Source: Myxococcales bacterium
GTDB lineage: Bacteria; Myxococcota_A; Polyangia; Polyangiales; DASUME01
Direction of reading: 5' to 3'
Assembly: GCA_047601445.1 (NCBI GenBank)
Contig: JASGJH010000001.1
Span: 4,192,001-4,256,000 of the forward strand
Length of the DNA: 64,000 nucleotides
Position numbers and translations under genes: made by a program. Shown in pieces: positions 11,041 to 21,399 of this stretch (its first letter is position 1; each line of letters opens with the position of its first letter). The notes below the pieces were generated by a model. The model saw nothing but the letters and a program-made list of their open reading frames with translations. It was not told the DNA's origin and searched no databases.

Positions 11041-13005
11041 ATGCTCCAGGATCTCCATGACCGCCAGCCCGCGCAACGCGCGAAGCTTCGGGCCTTCTGC
11101 GACACCCTGTTCGCGAGCACAGGTACGGCCCCCGATCCGCACGGGCTCCACGCGCGCCAGGCCAGCGATTTTGGCGTGGACTACGCGCTTTTCGAGCTGC
11201 TCTCTTCGCGTGTGCCCGAGCCTGCCTTGACGAGCCTGTGGCGACTGATCGACGCCTGGTCCGAGGCCTGCGGCCCGGGGACCGAGCAAGCGCTGCGCGA
11301 AACCCGCATGCACCAGCTCGCTGCGAGTTCAGCCGAAGCAGGAGCCGGGCTAGCGATGCTGCAGAAGCTCGTGCTGGCACTGTGCTACGCGCTGCCGGAC
11401 GCTCAAGGCCAGAATCCCAACTGGCCCGCGCTCTCCTATCCGGGACCGCGCCCCAAGCCCGCCCCCGCAGCGAAGGCGCTGCGACCGCTCGACATCGCGG
11501 CCGACACCGTACTCGATGCAGACGTGTGCGTGGTGGGCTCCGGAGCGGGCGGCGGCGTGATCGCCGATGCGCTCGCCCAGCGTGGACTGAGCGTGGTGGT
11601 GCTCGAAGCGGGCGGCTACTTCAGCGAGACGGACTTCAACCAGCTCGAACTGTGGGCCTACCAAAACCTCTATTGGCGCGGCGGCATCACGCCCACCGCC
11701 GACGGGAATGTGCAGCTGGTCGCTGGCGGCGCGCTAGGCGGCGGCACCCTCGTGAACTGGCAGAACTGCGTGCGTCCCCCCGACGCCGTGCGGCGCGAGT
11801 GGGCCCGCGCTCACGGCTTGCACGATCTGGACACGGCAAGCTTCGACGCACACATCGATCAGGTGCTCGAGCGCCTGATGGCGAACGATCGCTGCAGCGA
11901 GCTGAACGGCCCCCACCAGCGTCTTCGCGACGCCGCGAGCTCGCTGGGGTACGCATTCAAGACTGCACTGCGCAGCGTGGACCCGCGCAAGCACGATCCA
12001 GAGCTGGCAGGCTTTCATGGCTTTGGGGACGTCACCGGCAGCCGCCGCAGCAGCCTGAACGCTTACCTGGAGCCGGCGCAGGCGGCCGGTGCACGCATCG
12101 TGGTGGGCGCGCGCGCCGAGCGAATTCTCGTCACAGCCGGCCGAGCCCACGGCGTGGTGGCGCGCTGTGTGCGGGCAGACCGAACGCACTCGCTCGAGGT
12201 TCGCGCCCGGCACGTGGTCTGTGCCTGCGGGGCGCTCGAGACTCCCGCGCTCCTGCTGCGCTCCGGCATCGGAGGACCTGCCGTGGGCCAATATCTGAGA
12301 CTGCACCCCGTGGTCTCGCTAGCGGGCGTGTACGCAGAGGAGCAGCGACCATGGTGGGGCCCGGCCCAAGCTGCGCTCTGCGATGAGTTCCTGCAGCTAC
12401 GGGATGACCACGGCTTCTTGATCGAATGCGCACACCATTCGCTGTCCAGCGCTGCCGCGAGCATCCCCTGGCGCTCGGCGCGCGATCACAAGGTGCGCAT
12501 GACGGATCTCCCGCACACGACGGCTTTCATCGCCATCGTTCGCGACCGCGGACACGGCAGGGTCCGCATCGATGCAACGGGCGCGAGCGTACCGACCTAT
12601 GCGCTCGACGATGAGTTGGACCGCGCACACCTCGCGCGGGCGACCCTCGAGATGGCGCGGCTACACCAGGCGGCGGGCGCCCAGCGCATGCTGACGACCG
12701 TGGGGAACGAGCTCAGGGAGTATACGCGTGGCGAGGCGCTCTCCAGCTTCGTCGAGCCGCTCGCCAGCGCCCCCTACGGCGCGGGTGGGCGGCCGGTGTT
12801 CAGCGCCCATCAGATGGGCTCCGCGCGCATGGGAACCGACCCCGAAGAGAGCGTGGCCCAGCCCAGCGGCGAGCTTCACGACACACGCGGCGTGTGGATC
12901 GGCGACACCAGCGCATTCCCCACCGCACCCGGTGTGAATCCAGCCCTCACTTGCATGGCACTCGCCGCCCGAACCGCAGCGCAGCTCGCCAATCAACCTC
13001 GCTGA
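11041..13005 (+). CDS. GMC oxidoreductase, long-chain fatty alcohol oxidase-like
   Basis: VVGSGAGGGV FAD motif, LGGGTLVNW, ETPALLLRSG, LRLHP, SAHQMGSARMG, FPTAPGVNP. Confidence 0.9.
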   Translation: MLQDLHDRQPAQRAKLRAFCDTLFASTGTAPDPHGLHARQASDFGVDYALFELLSSRVPEPALTSLWRLIDAWSEACGPGTEQALRETRMHQLAASSAEAGAGLAMLQKLVLALCYALPDAQGQNPNWPALSYPGPRPKPAPAAKALRPLDIAADTVLDADVCVVGSGAGGGVIADALAQRGLSVVVLEAGGYFSETDFNQLELWAYQNLYWRGGITPTADGNVQLVAGGALGGGTLVNWQNCVRPPDAVRREWARAHGLHDLDTASFDAHIDQVLERLMANDRCSELNGPHQRLRDAASSLGYAFKTALRSVDPRKHDPELAGFHGFGDVTGSRRSSLNAYLEPAQAAGARIVVGARAERILVTAGRAHGVVARCVRADRTHSLEVRARHVVCACGALETPALLLRSGIGGPAVGQYLRLHPVVSLAGVYAEEQRPWWGPAQAALCDEFLQLRDDHGFLIECAHHSLSSAAASIPWRSARDHKVRMTDLPHTTAFIAIVRDRGHGRVRIDATGASVPTYALDDELDRAHLARATLEMARLHQAAGAQRMLTTVGNELREYTRGEALSSFVEPLASAPYGAGGRPVFSAHQMGSARMGTDPEESVAQPSGELHDTRGVWIGDTSAFPTAPGVNPALTCMALAARTAAQLANQPR

Positions 13006-13081
13006 CGGCCGCTCATGGCTCGATGCCGTTGTAGAACGAAGCGTTCCAAATCAGCTTTCTCTGCTTGTCCCGAGGTAGCGT

Positions 13082-13672
13082 TTAGCCGCGGCGGGTCTCG
13101 TAGGTCAAGATGACTTTCCCGCTCGGGGTCCGCTCCACGCCCACGAAAGTGAGCGCTCTACGCTTTTCCACGCCCGCAAAGAGCGGCCGCCCGCCCGCCA
13201 GCAGCAGCGGGTGAACGATCAGCCTGAGCTCGTCCAGCAGATCCGCGTTCAGCAGCGCGACCACGAGCGTGGGCCCGCCGACCACGTAGATGTTCTTGCC
13301 AGGCTGCCGCTTCAGGACGCGCAGCGGCTCCAGGTCCCGCACAATCTGCGTGTTGGGTGGCCAGGCCACCCGCTCCAGCGTGCGCGAGAAGACGTAGTGG
13401 GGCGACTTGGCGGCCAGCTTGGCGTAGGCGACTTCACGCTCGTTGGGAAGACGATTCATGTACGGGGGAACCTGCGTCGGATCCCTCTCGACCGCGGACC
13501 AGTGCTCGCCGTAGGCCGGATGCATGCGCCCGCCCTGCACGAAGGCGTCCACGTCGGAGATCAGGTGGAGCGCGTCGGCCCACGAATCGACCCATTCGGG
13601 CTCGCCCCGGTCGGACGCCTGCGTGAAGCCGTCCAGCGAGATCTGGAGCGCGGCGATCATCTTTCTGCTCAT
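13082..13672 (-). CDS. Dihydrofolate reductase-like (RibD C-terminal domain) protein
   Basis: ISLDGF, VFSRTL, PGKNIYVVGGPTL, LLDELRLIVHPLLLAGGRPLF. Confidence 0.88.
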   Translation of the reverse strand: MSRKMIAALQISLDGFTQASDRGEPEWVDSWADALHLISDVDAFVQGGRMHPAYGEHWSAVERDPTQVPPYMNRLPNEREVAYAKLAAKSPHYVFSRTLERVAWPPNTQIVRDLEPLRVLKRQPGKNIYVVGGPTLVVALLNADLLDELRLIVHPLLLAGGRPLFAGVEKRRALTFVGVERTPSGKVILTYETRRG

Positions 13673-14049
13673 GGCCTGTCTCCTTCGCAGCAGCTTCATC
13701 GCTGCACTCCGGAACCTACGGCGCAGGCAGATGCGCGGGGAGTAACATCGTCGTCGCGGTCGAGGCGGCGCGGCGTCCCGCGAGAAATTCGAAGCTGACG
13801 CGGGCGCTCCATGCCCGCTTCGAAACGGCAGATACGTCGCCTTTACGCACGATCTTCCTCGGCAGAATCGCCTTTTTTCGAGTGTCGACGTTCGCACAAC
13901 AACCGTTGTGTCGCATGCAGCGGTGCACCGAATTCTCGATCCAGAAAAGCCGAACAAAATCGTTCGCGACGATGGTGGCACGAGTACTGCTCACGGAAGA
14001 GCCATCCAACGCGCCCTGCGGCGCGCAACCAAAGAGGCTCTCGAAGAAC

Positions 14050-16518
14050 ATGAAAAACTCCTCCTGGCAGCGCACGGTGTTCTCCACATCGTTGCTCGCG
14101 ATGGGCGCCTGCAGCGCGCCGCTCGACGACACCAGCATCGACATCGACCAAGCGCCCGCGGGCAATCTCGACGTTCAGCAGACGTCCCAGGCCATCCTGG
14201 GCAACACGGGCGCCTCGCTGCGCGTCGTCACGTACAACACTGCGTTCATGTCGCTCGACTTCCCCTTCCCGGTCGGCGAGGTGGACACCAACGACGGCAA
14301 GTTCGGGGGCTTCACCTATCAAGATCGCGCGTTCGCGATTGCGCAACGCATCCTGGCGGCCGATGACGATGTGGTGGCCTTGAACGAGGTGTTCTCGTCG
14401 GACGCCCGCAAGGAGCTCATCTCGCAGCTGGCGGCCACGTACCCGCACTACATCAGCGAGGTCCGCGGCAAGGCGCCCAACCCCGGCGCGCAGCTCGGCA
14501 GCGACCTCCTGAAGTTCGTGCCCGACGGGCTGAAGCCCAAGCCCAACAACAGCGGTCTCATGATCTTCTCGAAGCGCCCCTTCGAGCCGTTCTCGGCAGG
14601 CGCATCCCCCAAGCAAGAGGGCGTCGAATACATCGACGGCATGAATGGCCCCGACACGTGGGGCGAGAAGCCCGAGGAGGTGTCTGCGGTGGCGTATCCG
14701 TTTGCCGCCAATGACGATGGGCTTGCCAGCAAGGCGGTGGCGATGGTGCGCGTGAAGAACGTGGACGGGCTCATCCACAACATCGCTTTCACGCACATGC
14801 AGGCCGACAACAAGCCGGGAGACCCCACCTGCATCGGCACGCGCGCCCTGCAATTCGCTCAGATTCGCGACCTGATCGAGCAGAGCCTCACGGCCAACGA
14901 GCGCGCGACGCAGCCGATCTACGTGATCGGCGACACCAACGTGATCGGCGGCAACAAGGCGAACCCGGGCGCCATCAGCGAATGGCAGGACGTGTATCAG
15001 ACCGGCAATACGCTCGCGTTCTTCTCGTGTGGCAACCTTGCCTGCGATGACAAACGCTTCATGACGGACGCCTGGGGCTTCGAAACATCGGAGCACGACT
15101 TCGGCGAATCGAACAACACCGACAAGGCGCGCCTCGACTACTTCCTCCACAACAAGCCTGTCTGGAAGGAGCACGAGGACAAGTTCGAGCTGTGCGTCCA
15201 GTACATCTCCAAGGCCTACGACTACGGCCTCGATACGCCGAACGGCCTCCAGCAGCTGTCGGATCACTTCGCGCTGCGCACGGACCTCAACAAGAAGGCT
15301 CCGCACTGCAGCGCCAACGGGGATGCCGGGCAGTTCGGCCCCTACGTGACCGACTTCAAGGCGGCTCCGACGCAGAACTTCGGCCCCAACGAGGGCGCCG
15401 AGATCAAGTTCCCAGGCTCCATGCAGTGGGTTCGCATCGACCAGGCCGGCAGTTATGCCATTCAGTTCATGGGGGTTAACAAGCAGAACTTCGGGTTCGA
15501 GGTCTACGCGGCTGACGATCTCTCGACCCCGTTGCCGCCTTTCCACGGCGAGGTCGACGCGGAGTTCGGAGCCAAGTACACGATGCCCGCGCCTCCCTAC
15601 TATGTGCGTACGTTCGCGCGCGATCCGAACACGGGCCTTCCAGATCGCACGGCCACGGGCAGCTACACGCTCTCCGTCCATCGCTATACGGGCACCTCGG
15701 CCAGCGAGGCGATGTTCCTGACGGGCGGCGACACCCAGGCCTATGTGTGGCCCGGCGCAAATCAGCTCGAGTACCCGTTTGTGTGGTTCAAGATCTACAC
15801 GAGCCAGACCAAGACCGGTGACTTCCCGTTCATCACCATGCTGCTCGACATCCCGCTCAACGCGACGGATTCGGACTTCGACGTGACCTTGCACGAAGAG
15901 GTGATCGTCAAGGGCAAGAAGACCTACCCGCAGATCGCCTGGCAGAAGGTCGACGTGATCAAGGATCCCAACACCAAGCTACCGCTCAAGCGCTTGGTGC
16001 CCAAGGCTCTGACCGGCAACCCCAACGCACAGCCCAAGGCCTACTACCTGAAAATGTCGCGCATTCAGCCGTGGCACAACGTCCCCATGACCAGCCACTT
16101 GAGCTACGGCACCACGCTCACCTACCTACGGCCCGAAAACTGGCTCGCCCTCGATATGGAGGACGACTGGCCCGACTACGACAACATCCAGTTCCAGTTC
16201 ATGCTGGACGGACCCGTGCAGAAGAGTGCCTGCGTGAACTGCTTCGGCCCCTTCCAGGTGGGCGAGGGCGTCGCCATCGAGATTCAGAAGGACGGGCCGC
16301 AGATCTACGCGGATCACGCGGTGGTCGATCTGTGGAAGGAGGGCGAATACCTTGCCGACCAGTGCCAAGTGCCGGTGAAGATGATCCCGCATCTCTACGA
16401 CTTCACCCTGTTCGACAAGACCGGCTCGCTCCTGTGGGCCGACGCTGGCAACGTCGACAAGGCCGACTTCTGGTACACGCTCTCCTACAAGCTCTGGCAC
16501 GAATCCACGCCGTTCTGA
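14050..16518 (+). CDS. Lipoprotein with sphingomyelinase-C-like EEP phosphodiesterase domain and long C-terminal extension
   Basis: Lipobox MGAC; VTYNT, LNEVF, NSGLMIFSKRP, LASKAV, FTHMQAD, IGDTNV, RLDYF, LSDHFAL. Confidence 0.82.
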   Translation: MKNSSWQRTVFSTSLLAMGACSAPLDDTSIDIDQAPAGNLDVQQTSQAILGNTGASLRVVTYNTAFMSLDFPFPVGEVDTNDGKFGGFTYQDRAFAIAQRILAADDDVVALNEVFSSDARKELISQLAATYPHYISEVRGKAPNPGAQLGSDLLKFVPDGLKPKPNNSGLMIFSKRPFEPFSAGASPKQEGVEYIDGMNGPDTWGEKPEEVSAVAYPFAANDDGLASKAVAMVRVKNVDGLIHNIAFTHMQADNKPGDPTCIGTRALQFAQIRDLIEQSLTANERATQPIYVIGDTNVIGGNKANPGAISEWQDVYQTGNTLAFFSCGNLACDDKRFMTDAWGFETSEHDFGESNNTDKARLDYFLHNKPVWKEHEDKFELCVQYISKAYDYGLDTPNGLQQLSDHFALRTDLNKKAPHCSANGDAGQFGPYVTDFKAAPTQNFGPNEGAEIKFPGSMQWVRIDQAGSYAIQFMGVNKQNFGFEVYAADDLSTPLPPFHGEVDAEFGAKYTMPAPPYYVRTFARDPNTGLPDRTATGSYTLSVHRYTGTSASEAMFLTGGDTQAYVWPGANQLEYPFVWFKIYTSQTKTGDFPFITMLLDIPLNATDSDFDVTLHEEVIVKGKKTYPQIAWQKVDVIKDPNTKLPLKRLVPKALTGNPNAQPKAYYLKMSRIQPWHNVPMTSHLSYGTTLTYLRPENWLALDMEDDWPDYDNIQFQFMLDGPVQKSACVNCFGPFQVGEGVAIEIQKDGPQIYADHAVVDLWKEGEYLADQCQVPVKMIPHLYDFTLFDKTGSLLWADAGNVDKADFWYTLSYKLWHESTPF

Positions 16519-16611
16519 GCTCGCGCTCGTACCGAATCGCTCGCCTCACCCCGGGGTGAGCAAGCCGACCGCCCCTCCGTCGCGTGCTATTTGGCCGCCT
16601 CGGAGGGTTCC

Positions 16612-18879
16612 GTGTCCCATATCAACCTTGGGTTGCGCCGTGCAGTCCTGGTCTCGCTGCTTCTCTCCTTGGTGGGCTGCTCTTCGGGGCCGCGGTCGAT
16701 CGAGGGCGATAGCGACCCAGATGCCGGTGATGCATCCATACCCCGGCGCGATTCGGGGCAATCGCCGACCGAGGACGACGCTGGGGGACCCGACGCTGGC
16801 CATGACTCCGGGATGGCCCCCACGGAGGACGACTCCGGGACCGGCGCCATGAGCGACGCCGGCTCGGACAGCGGCCCGGGCACAGGTGGAGACGGGGACG
16901 ACCCCACCGCGTGCACCGACGTGGACGGCGATGGCTACGGCTCAGGTTGCACCAAGGGCCCTGACTGCGACGACGGCAACGAGGCCATCCATCCGACCGC
17001 CACCGAGATCGATTGGGACGCCATCGATCAGAACTGCAACGGCAAGCTCGGCAAGCGCCTGGTGCAAGATGCGGTGAGCCCTCACGACCCGAGCAATGGA
17101 GTCGCGTTGTTCGACAACGGCCTGTTCGTGGTGCTCAATCAGTCGATCGCCATCTACGCCATCGATGACTTGAACGAGCCCGTGTTCGAGGGCCCGCTGC
17201 TCGAGGACTACCCGAATGGTGCGTCGTTCAAGGCAGGCACCCTGGCGGCGCGCTCGGGCGGTGCCTTCGAGATCTTGTTGTTCGACGTGAGTTCGCCCGA
17301 AGAAGGGGCGGTCGCGGCGGGTAGCGTCGACCCGGAGGGCATCAGCACCTTCGATCTGAGTACCGATGGCGACACGCTCTACGTATACACGGAAGACGAC
17401 GATCTCGGTGTCGTGCTGCGCGTCTACGACGTGAGCGAGCCGAGCGACCCCGAGCTGCTCGACACGCTCGAAACCGACTGCTTTCAGCGCTTCGGGGTGC
17501 GCGTCGACCGGGGCATGCTGGCCCTCACCTGCAAGGGTCAAAAGTGGAACGAGCTGCACGTCTTCGATCTGGATGACCCGCAAAGTCCGGCTCTGGTCGC
17601 TTCGCACAATTACGACGGCGATCGCGACTACTTCATGAGCGTTTCCCAGGGCTACGCCTACTTCAAAGAGCAGCTCCACTATCGGCGCTATCCGATCACC
17701 GACCAGGGCTTTGGGACCTCGGAAGAACTCGATATGCTCGAGACGACGGGTGACTCATGGTTCGGGCCCCACGTAGCTGCCGAGGCGGGTCTGTTTACCG
17801 TGCACAAGGCACCCGACGCCCTGGAGCAAGAGCTGTGTCTCCTCACCGCCGATGAGCTCACCCCACGTTGCTTCGCCGGCCTGATGGACAACGGCGAGCT
17901 GTACGCTGCAACTCGCATCTTGGCCGACGGGTCCCAGCTGCTCCTGACCACGTTCGAGCACGCTCGGCGTGTCGACATGAGCGACCTGGACGAGCCCGCC
18001 CTCGGTTCGCAGTGGGTGCGTCTGTCTACCCGCCAGGGCCTCAGCTTCGCGGGAGACGGCGATGAGCTCATCGTCACGACTGGACAAGGCCTCGCCGTGT
18101 ACGAGACCGAAAGCCTGGCTCGCGACGCCTATGCCGCGCTGGACTCCGACATGATGTTCTGTACCACCGCAAGCGGAGATCTCGCCTACGGCCTGGCGTT
18201 GAACGGCCTCATCAGCGTGGTCTCCGTCGTCGATCCGAGCGCGCCCCACGTCCTTCAGCGAGTTGCCGCCGCGGAGCGCCCCCACCGATGTCAGGTGCTC
18301 GTTCGCCCAAGCGGCCGCTACCTGCTCGTCAGCTATGAGAAGGCGATACGCATCTTCCAGCTCGACGCGGCGGGTCTGGTCGCCCAGCTGAACGTCCACC
18401 GCAGCTACGAGGGTCTGCACGGCTTCGCGGACGACGGTAGCCGGCTCTTCGTGGCCAGTAGCACCACCGACAATCAAAGCCATCCCCTCAAGTACAGCGT
18501 GTCGGTGCTGCCGCTCGCCTTCGGGGACGCCCCCGATGCGTTCGACATGGACCTGGACAAGGCCTGGGGCATCCTTCGCTTCGCCGACAAACTCGCCGTG
18601 TACAGCTCGGACGGCATCCGTCTCATCGACCTCGATGACAAGTCCCACGTGGATTACGCGCAAGCAGGCATTTTCACCCTTTTTTCCGCCTCGGGCTATC
18701 TGTTCGCGCTAACCAACGACGTCGTCTCGCTTCGCGTGCTGACGCCCGGCGGACTGGTTAGCGTGCCGGTCGCCGAACAACCGAATGACGGCTGGTGGAG
18801 CGTCGCTGCACTCGGGAACCGGATCGCGTTCCTGCACGGCGGGGACATCGCGTCCTTCGAGGTCGTCGACGAGCACTGA
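16612..18879 (+). CDS. Lipoprotein with a MopE-like putative metal-binding motif and LVIVD-type propeller repeats
   Basis: GGAGG RBS before GTG; LVGC; DVDGDGYG...DCDD...IHPTATE...DAIDQNCNG; VYDVSEPSDP, VFDLDDPQSP, VVDPSAP repeats. Confidence 0.8.
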   Translation: MSHINLGLRRAVLVSLLLSLVGCSSGPRSIEGDSDPDAGDASIPRRDSGQSPTEDDAGGPDAGHDSGMAPTEDDSGTGAMSDAGSDSGPGTGGDGDDPTACTDVDGDGYGSGCTKGPDCDDGNEAIHPTATEIDWDAIDQNCNGKLGKRLVQDAVSPHDPSNGVALFDNGLFVVLNQSIAIYAIDDLNEPVFEGPLLEDYPNGASFKAGTLAARSGGAFEILLFDVSSPEEGAVAAGSVDPEGISTFDLSTDGDTLYVYTEDDDLGVVLRVYDVSEPSDPELLDTLETDCFQRFGVRVDRGMLALTCKGQKWNELHVFDLDDPQSPALVASHNYDGDRDYFMSVSQGYAYFKEQLHYRRYPITDQGFGTSEELDMLETTGDSWFGPHVAAEAGLFTVHKAPDALEQELCLLTADELTPRCFAGLMDNGELYAATRILADGSQLLLTTFEHARRVDMSDLDEPALGSQWVRLSTRQGLSFAGDGDELIVTTGQGLAVYETESLARDAYAALDSDMMFCTTASGDLAYGLALNGLISVVSVVDPSAPHVLQRVAAAERPHRCQVLVRPSGRYLLVSYEKAIRIFQLDAAGLVAQLNVHRSYEGLHGFADDGSRLFVASSTTDNQSHPLKYSVSVLPLAFGDAPDAFDMDLDKAWGILRFADKLAVYSSDGIRLIDLDDKSHVDYAQAGIFTLFSASGYLFALTNDVVSLRVLTPGGLVSVPVAEQPNDGWWSVAALGNRIAFLHGGDIASFEVVDEH

Positions 18880-18961
18880 GCGAGCCGAACTACCGCACGA
18901 AGGACTCACCATGGTCCGCCGAGCGTTGGCACTCCTCGGCCGGCGATGATACTGGAAGGCC

Positions 18962-19435
18962 ATGGGCGTTCGACTCGAGCGGATGACAGCCACAACCGCC
19001 GCGGCACTTCTAGAAGGCAAGCGCCCGTCTGATATTCGAGTCGCCGACGACTACCCGAGCGAGTTCTCCCAGGGCGTCGCCGCGCAGGTTGCCGACGGCA
19101 GCGACCTCGGCCCCTACGTAATCTACCCCTCGACGGAAGCCATCGTAGTCGGTGAGATCGGTGGTGCATTTACGGGCGCCGGCACGGTGGAGATTGGCTA
19201 CGCCGTGGTGCGCTCCCACTGGGGGCGAGGCATCGCGACGGACGCGGTTCGCGCGCTGGTCAGCGTCCTCCGCAAGCAGGCAGACGTCCAGCGCATCGTC
19301 GCGCACACACCTTTGGACCGTCCGGAGAGTGCGCGCGTCGTCGAGAAGGCGGGCTTCATCCTGGTGGGCGAGATCGAAGATTCCCACGAAGGGGTCGCGC
19401 TCCGCGTGAAAGAGTGGGAGCTTCGGCTCGACTAG
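18962..19435 (+). CDS. GNAT (RimJ/RimL-like) N-acetyltransferase
   Basis: VEIGYAVVRSHWGRGIATDAV, SARVVEKAGF. Confidence 0.88.
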   Translation: MGVRLERMTATTAAALLEGKRPSDIRVADDYPSEFSQGVAAQVADGSDLGPYVIYPSTEAIVVGEIGGAFTGAGTVEIGYAVVRSHWGRGIATDAVRALVSVLRKQADVQRIVAHTPLDRPESARVVEKAGFILVGEIEDSHEGVALRVKEWELRLD

Positions 19436-19438
19436 CGG

Positions 19439-20878
19439 CTAAAGCCGCGCCAAGCGGAGCCCCACCTTGCCGGAGACACACCCGAGGGGCGTATACGTGT
19501 GGCGAGCTTCGTAGTCGGGGGCGAGCTCGAAGCGGCACCTCGTGAGGAGCCGGTGAAACAGCAGCTTGGCTTCCAGGGTCGCGAGCTGCATGCCAATGCA
19601 CGCGTGGGCCCCGCCGCCGAAAGGCAGGAAGATAGCGGGGTGGCGCTTGTCCTCGGCGCGCTCGGGCGAGAAGCGCTCGGGATCGAAGGCGAGCGGGTTT
19701 TTCCACCAGGCCGCATGCAACCCCAACGGCCCGATGGCGGCGCCCAGGTAGGTGCCAGGCGCGAGCTGGTGGCCGAGGATGGTCGTGGCGCGCAGGGAGC
19801 GACGGGGCAGAGACGAGGTCACTGGATACAGGCGCAAGGACTCCTTCCATGCCCACTCGAACTGCTCGAGGCTCTGGAGTCCGCCACCTTCGAGGGCGTC
19901 GTCCGGCACGCGCTGCGCCTCGCTGCGCAAGCGCTCCTGCCAGTCTTGGTGCTTGGCCAGCAGGTACGCCATGCTGGTGACCGCAGCCGAGGTCGTGTCG
20001 TAGGCCGCCAGCATGATGGTGATGAACAAGCGCGCCAGCGCCTCGTCGCCTGCCTCTCCTTGCGCGCCTCGGCACATGAGCGTGAACAGGTCGCTGCCGG
20101 TCCCCTCCCGACGCTCGCGTGCGAGTCCGGTGAAGAATTCCTTGAGCGTGGTGTAGCCACGGCGCGCACGCCGGAAGCCCGGGCTCCAGCGCGCGTCTTT
20201 GATGAGCGCCTGGGGTCCGTGCCAGGTGTCGGTCAGCGCGCGGTCCACGTGCGCGATCTGCCGCGGGTCGGAGATCCCCGTGAAGATGTCGCTCGCCACC
20301 GCGGCCAGCAGCTTGCGCACCTCGGGCTTGAAATCGATGCGACCACGCTCGAGCCACTCGGGCACGGCCACGTCGATGCGCCGCAGGCCGATCTGCGCAT
20401 AGCCGCGCATGGCCTTGCTGGTGAACGCGGGCTGGAACAGCTTGCGGGCAGCCCGATGCGGGTCGAAATCGAGCGAGAGCAGCGAGCCAGCGTTGCCGCC
20501 CGCAGGGTCAAGTCGCTCGAACATCGTGTTGTCCCAGCCCATGGCCGTCGACCACAGCTGGTCTTCGTTGCGCAGGATCTTCTGCACCTCGTCGGGATCG
20601 TGCACCTCCACGAGCGGCAAGGATGGACTCATGCCGCCGTAGATCTCACCGTACTTCTGACGCAGTGCCTCGAGGTGCCCGGCCCCCTTGCGTGTCATGT
20701 GATAGATGACGCGGATGGCCGCCCAGAAACCGAGCTCGCGCGGTATGCTGTCGGGCAGTGGGACTGCCTGCATGACGCCCGTGGGAGCGCCCGGGTCACC
20801 GATCACGGCGGCCACCTCCGGTGCTACGGCGACGACGGGTTTGCTCCCTGGTTGCATGATGGTGACGCCTTCCGACAT
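19439..20878 (-). CDS. Cytochrome P450
   Basis: I-helix AAYDTT, ExxR (ESLR), FDPERF, heme motif FGGGAHACIG. Confidence 0.96.
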   Translation of the reverse strand: MSEGVTIMQPGSKPVVAVAPEVAAVIGDPGAPTGVMQAVPLPDSIPRELGFWAAIRVIYHMTRKGAGHLEALRQKYGEIYGGMSPSLPLVEVHDPDEVQKILRNEDQLWSTAMGWDNTMFERLDPAGGNAGSLLSLDFDPHRAARKLFQPAFTSKAMRGYAQIGLRRIDVAVPEWLERGRIDFKPEVRKLLAAVASDIFTGISDPRQIAHVDRALTDTWHGPQALIKDARWSPGFRRARRGYTTLKEFFTGLARERREGTGSDLFTLMCRGAQGEAGDEALARLFITIMLAAYDTTSAAVTSMAYLLAKHQDWQERLRSEAQRVPDDALEGGGLQSLEQFEWAWKESLRLYPVTSSLPRRSLRATTILGHQLAPGTYLGAAIGPLGLHAAWWKNPLAFDPERFSPERAEDKRHPAIFLPFGGGAHACIGMQLATLEAKLLFHRLLTRCRFELAPDYEARHTYTPLGCVSGKVGLRLARL

Positions 20879-21399
20879 GGATCGCTGGCTCCTGGCTGGG
20901 CGGATGAATGAAGCGACGCTAGATCGTAGCTTCAAGCGGCCCGCTGGCCCCCCGATCAAAGGGTGATCGCTCCGACCGGCATGCCCAGGTTCACGCCCGG
21001 GCAGATGACCGCCGACAGCGCACCGGCACCGCCGACCCCTTGGAACGAATTCGTTCTGAGGCAGCTGGACGACGCGTTCCGAACAAAGGTGCAGTCAGCG
21101 CAGCGCCCCAAAACGTCAGCGAAAAGCGACGCCAATCATTGCCGATTGATCGGAAACACGAGGAGCGAACTCCGCTGAGAATGCGCGCATTTTCGCGGAA
21201 ACACGCTTCATCCACGAGACTCTTCTCGGGTTTCATCGCACGGACTCGTCGATTTGATGCGTGGCTCCGCCACGAGCGCGCGCGCAAGAACAGCGCGAGC
21301 GCGTGCACGATGAACTTGACTCGGCCTACTTAAATCGCGCATGCGACGGCCTTGAATTGTCCTGACTGAACAGAGGCTACTCAGACCGCGGAGGTCTTC

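Noticed and set aside
13843..15894. 683-aa - strand ORF
   Set aside because: Antisense shadow of the EEP gene, typical of high-GC codon bias
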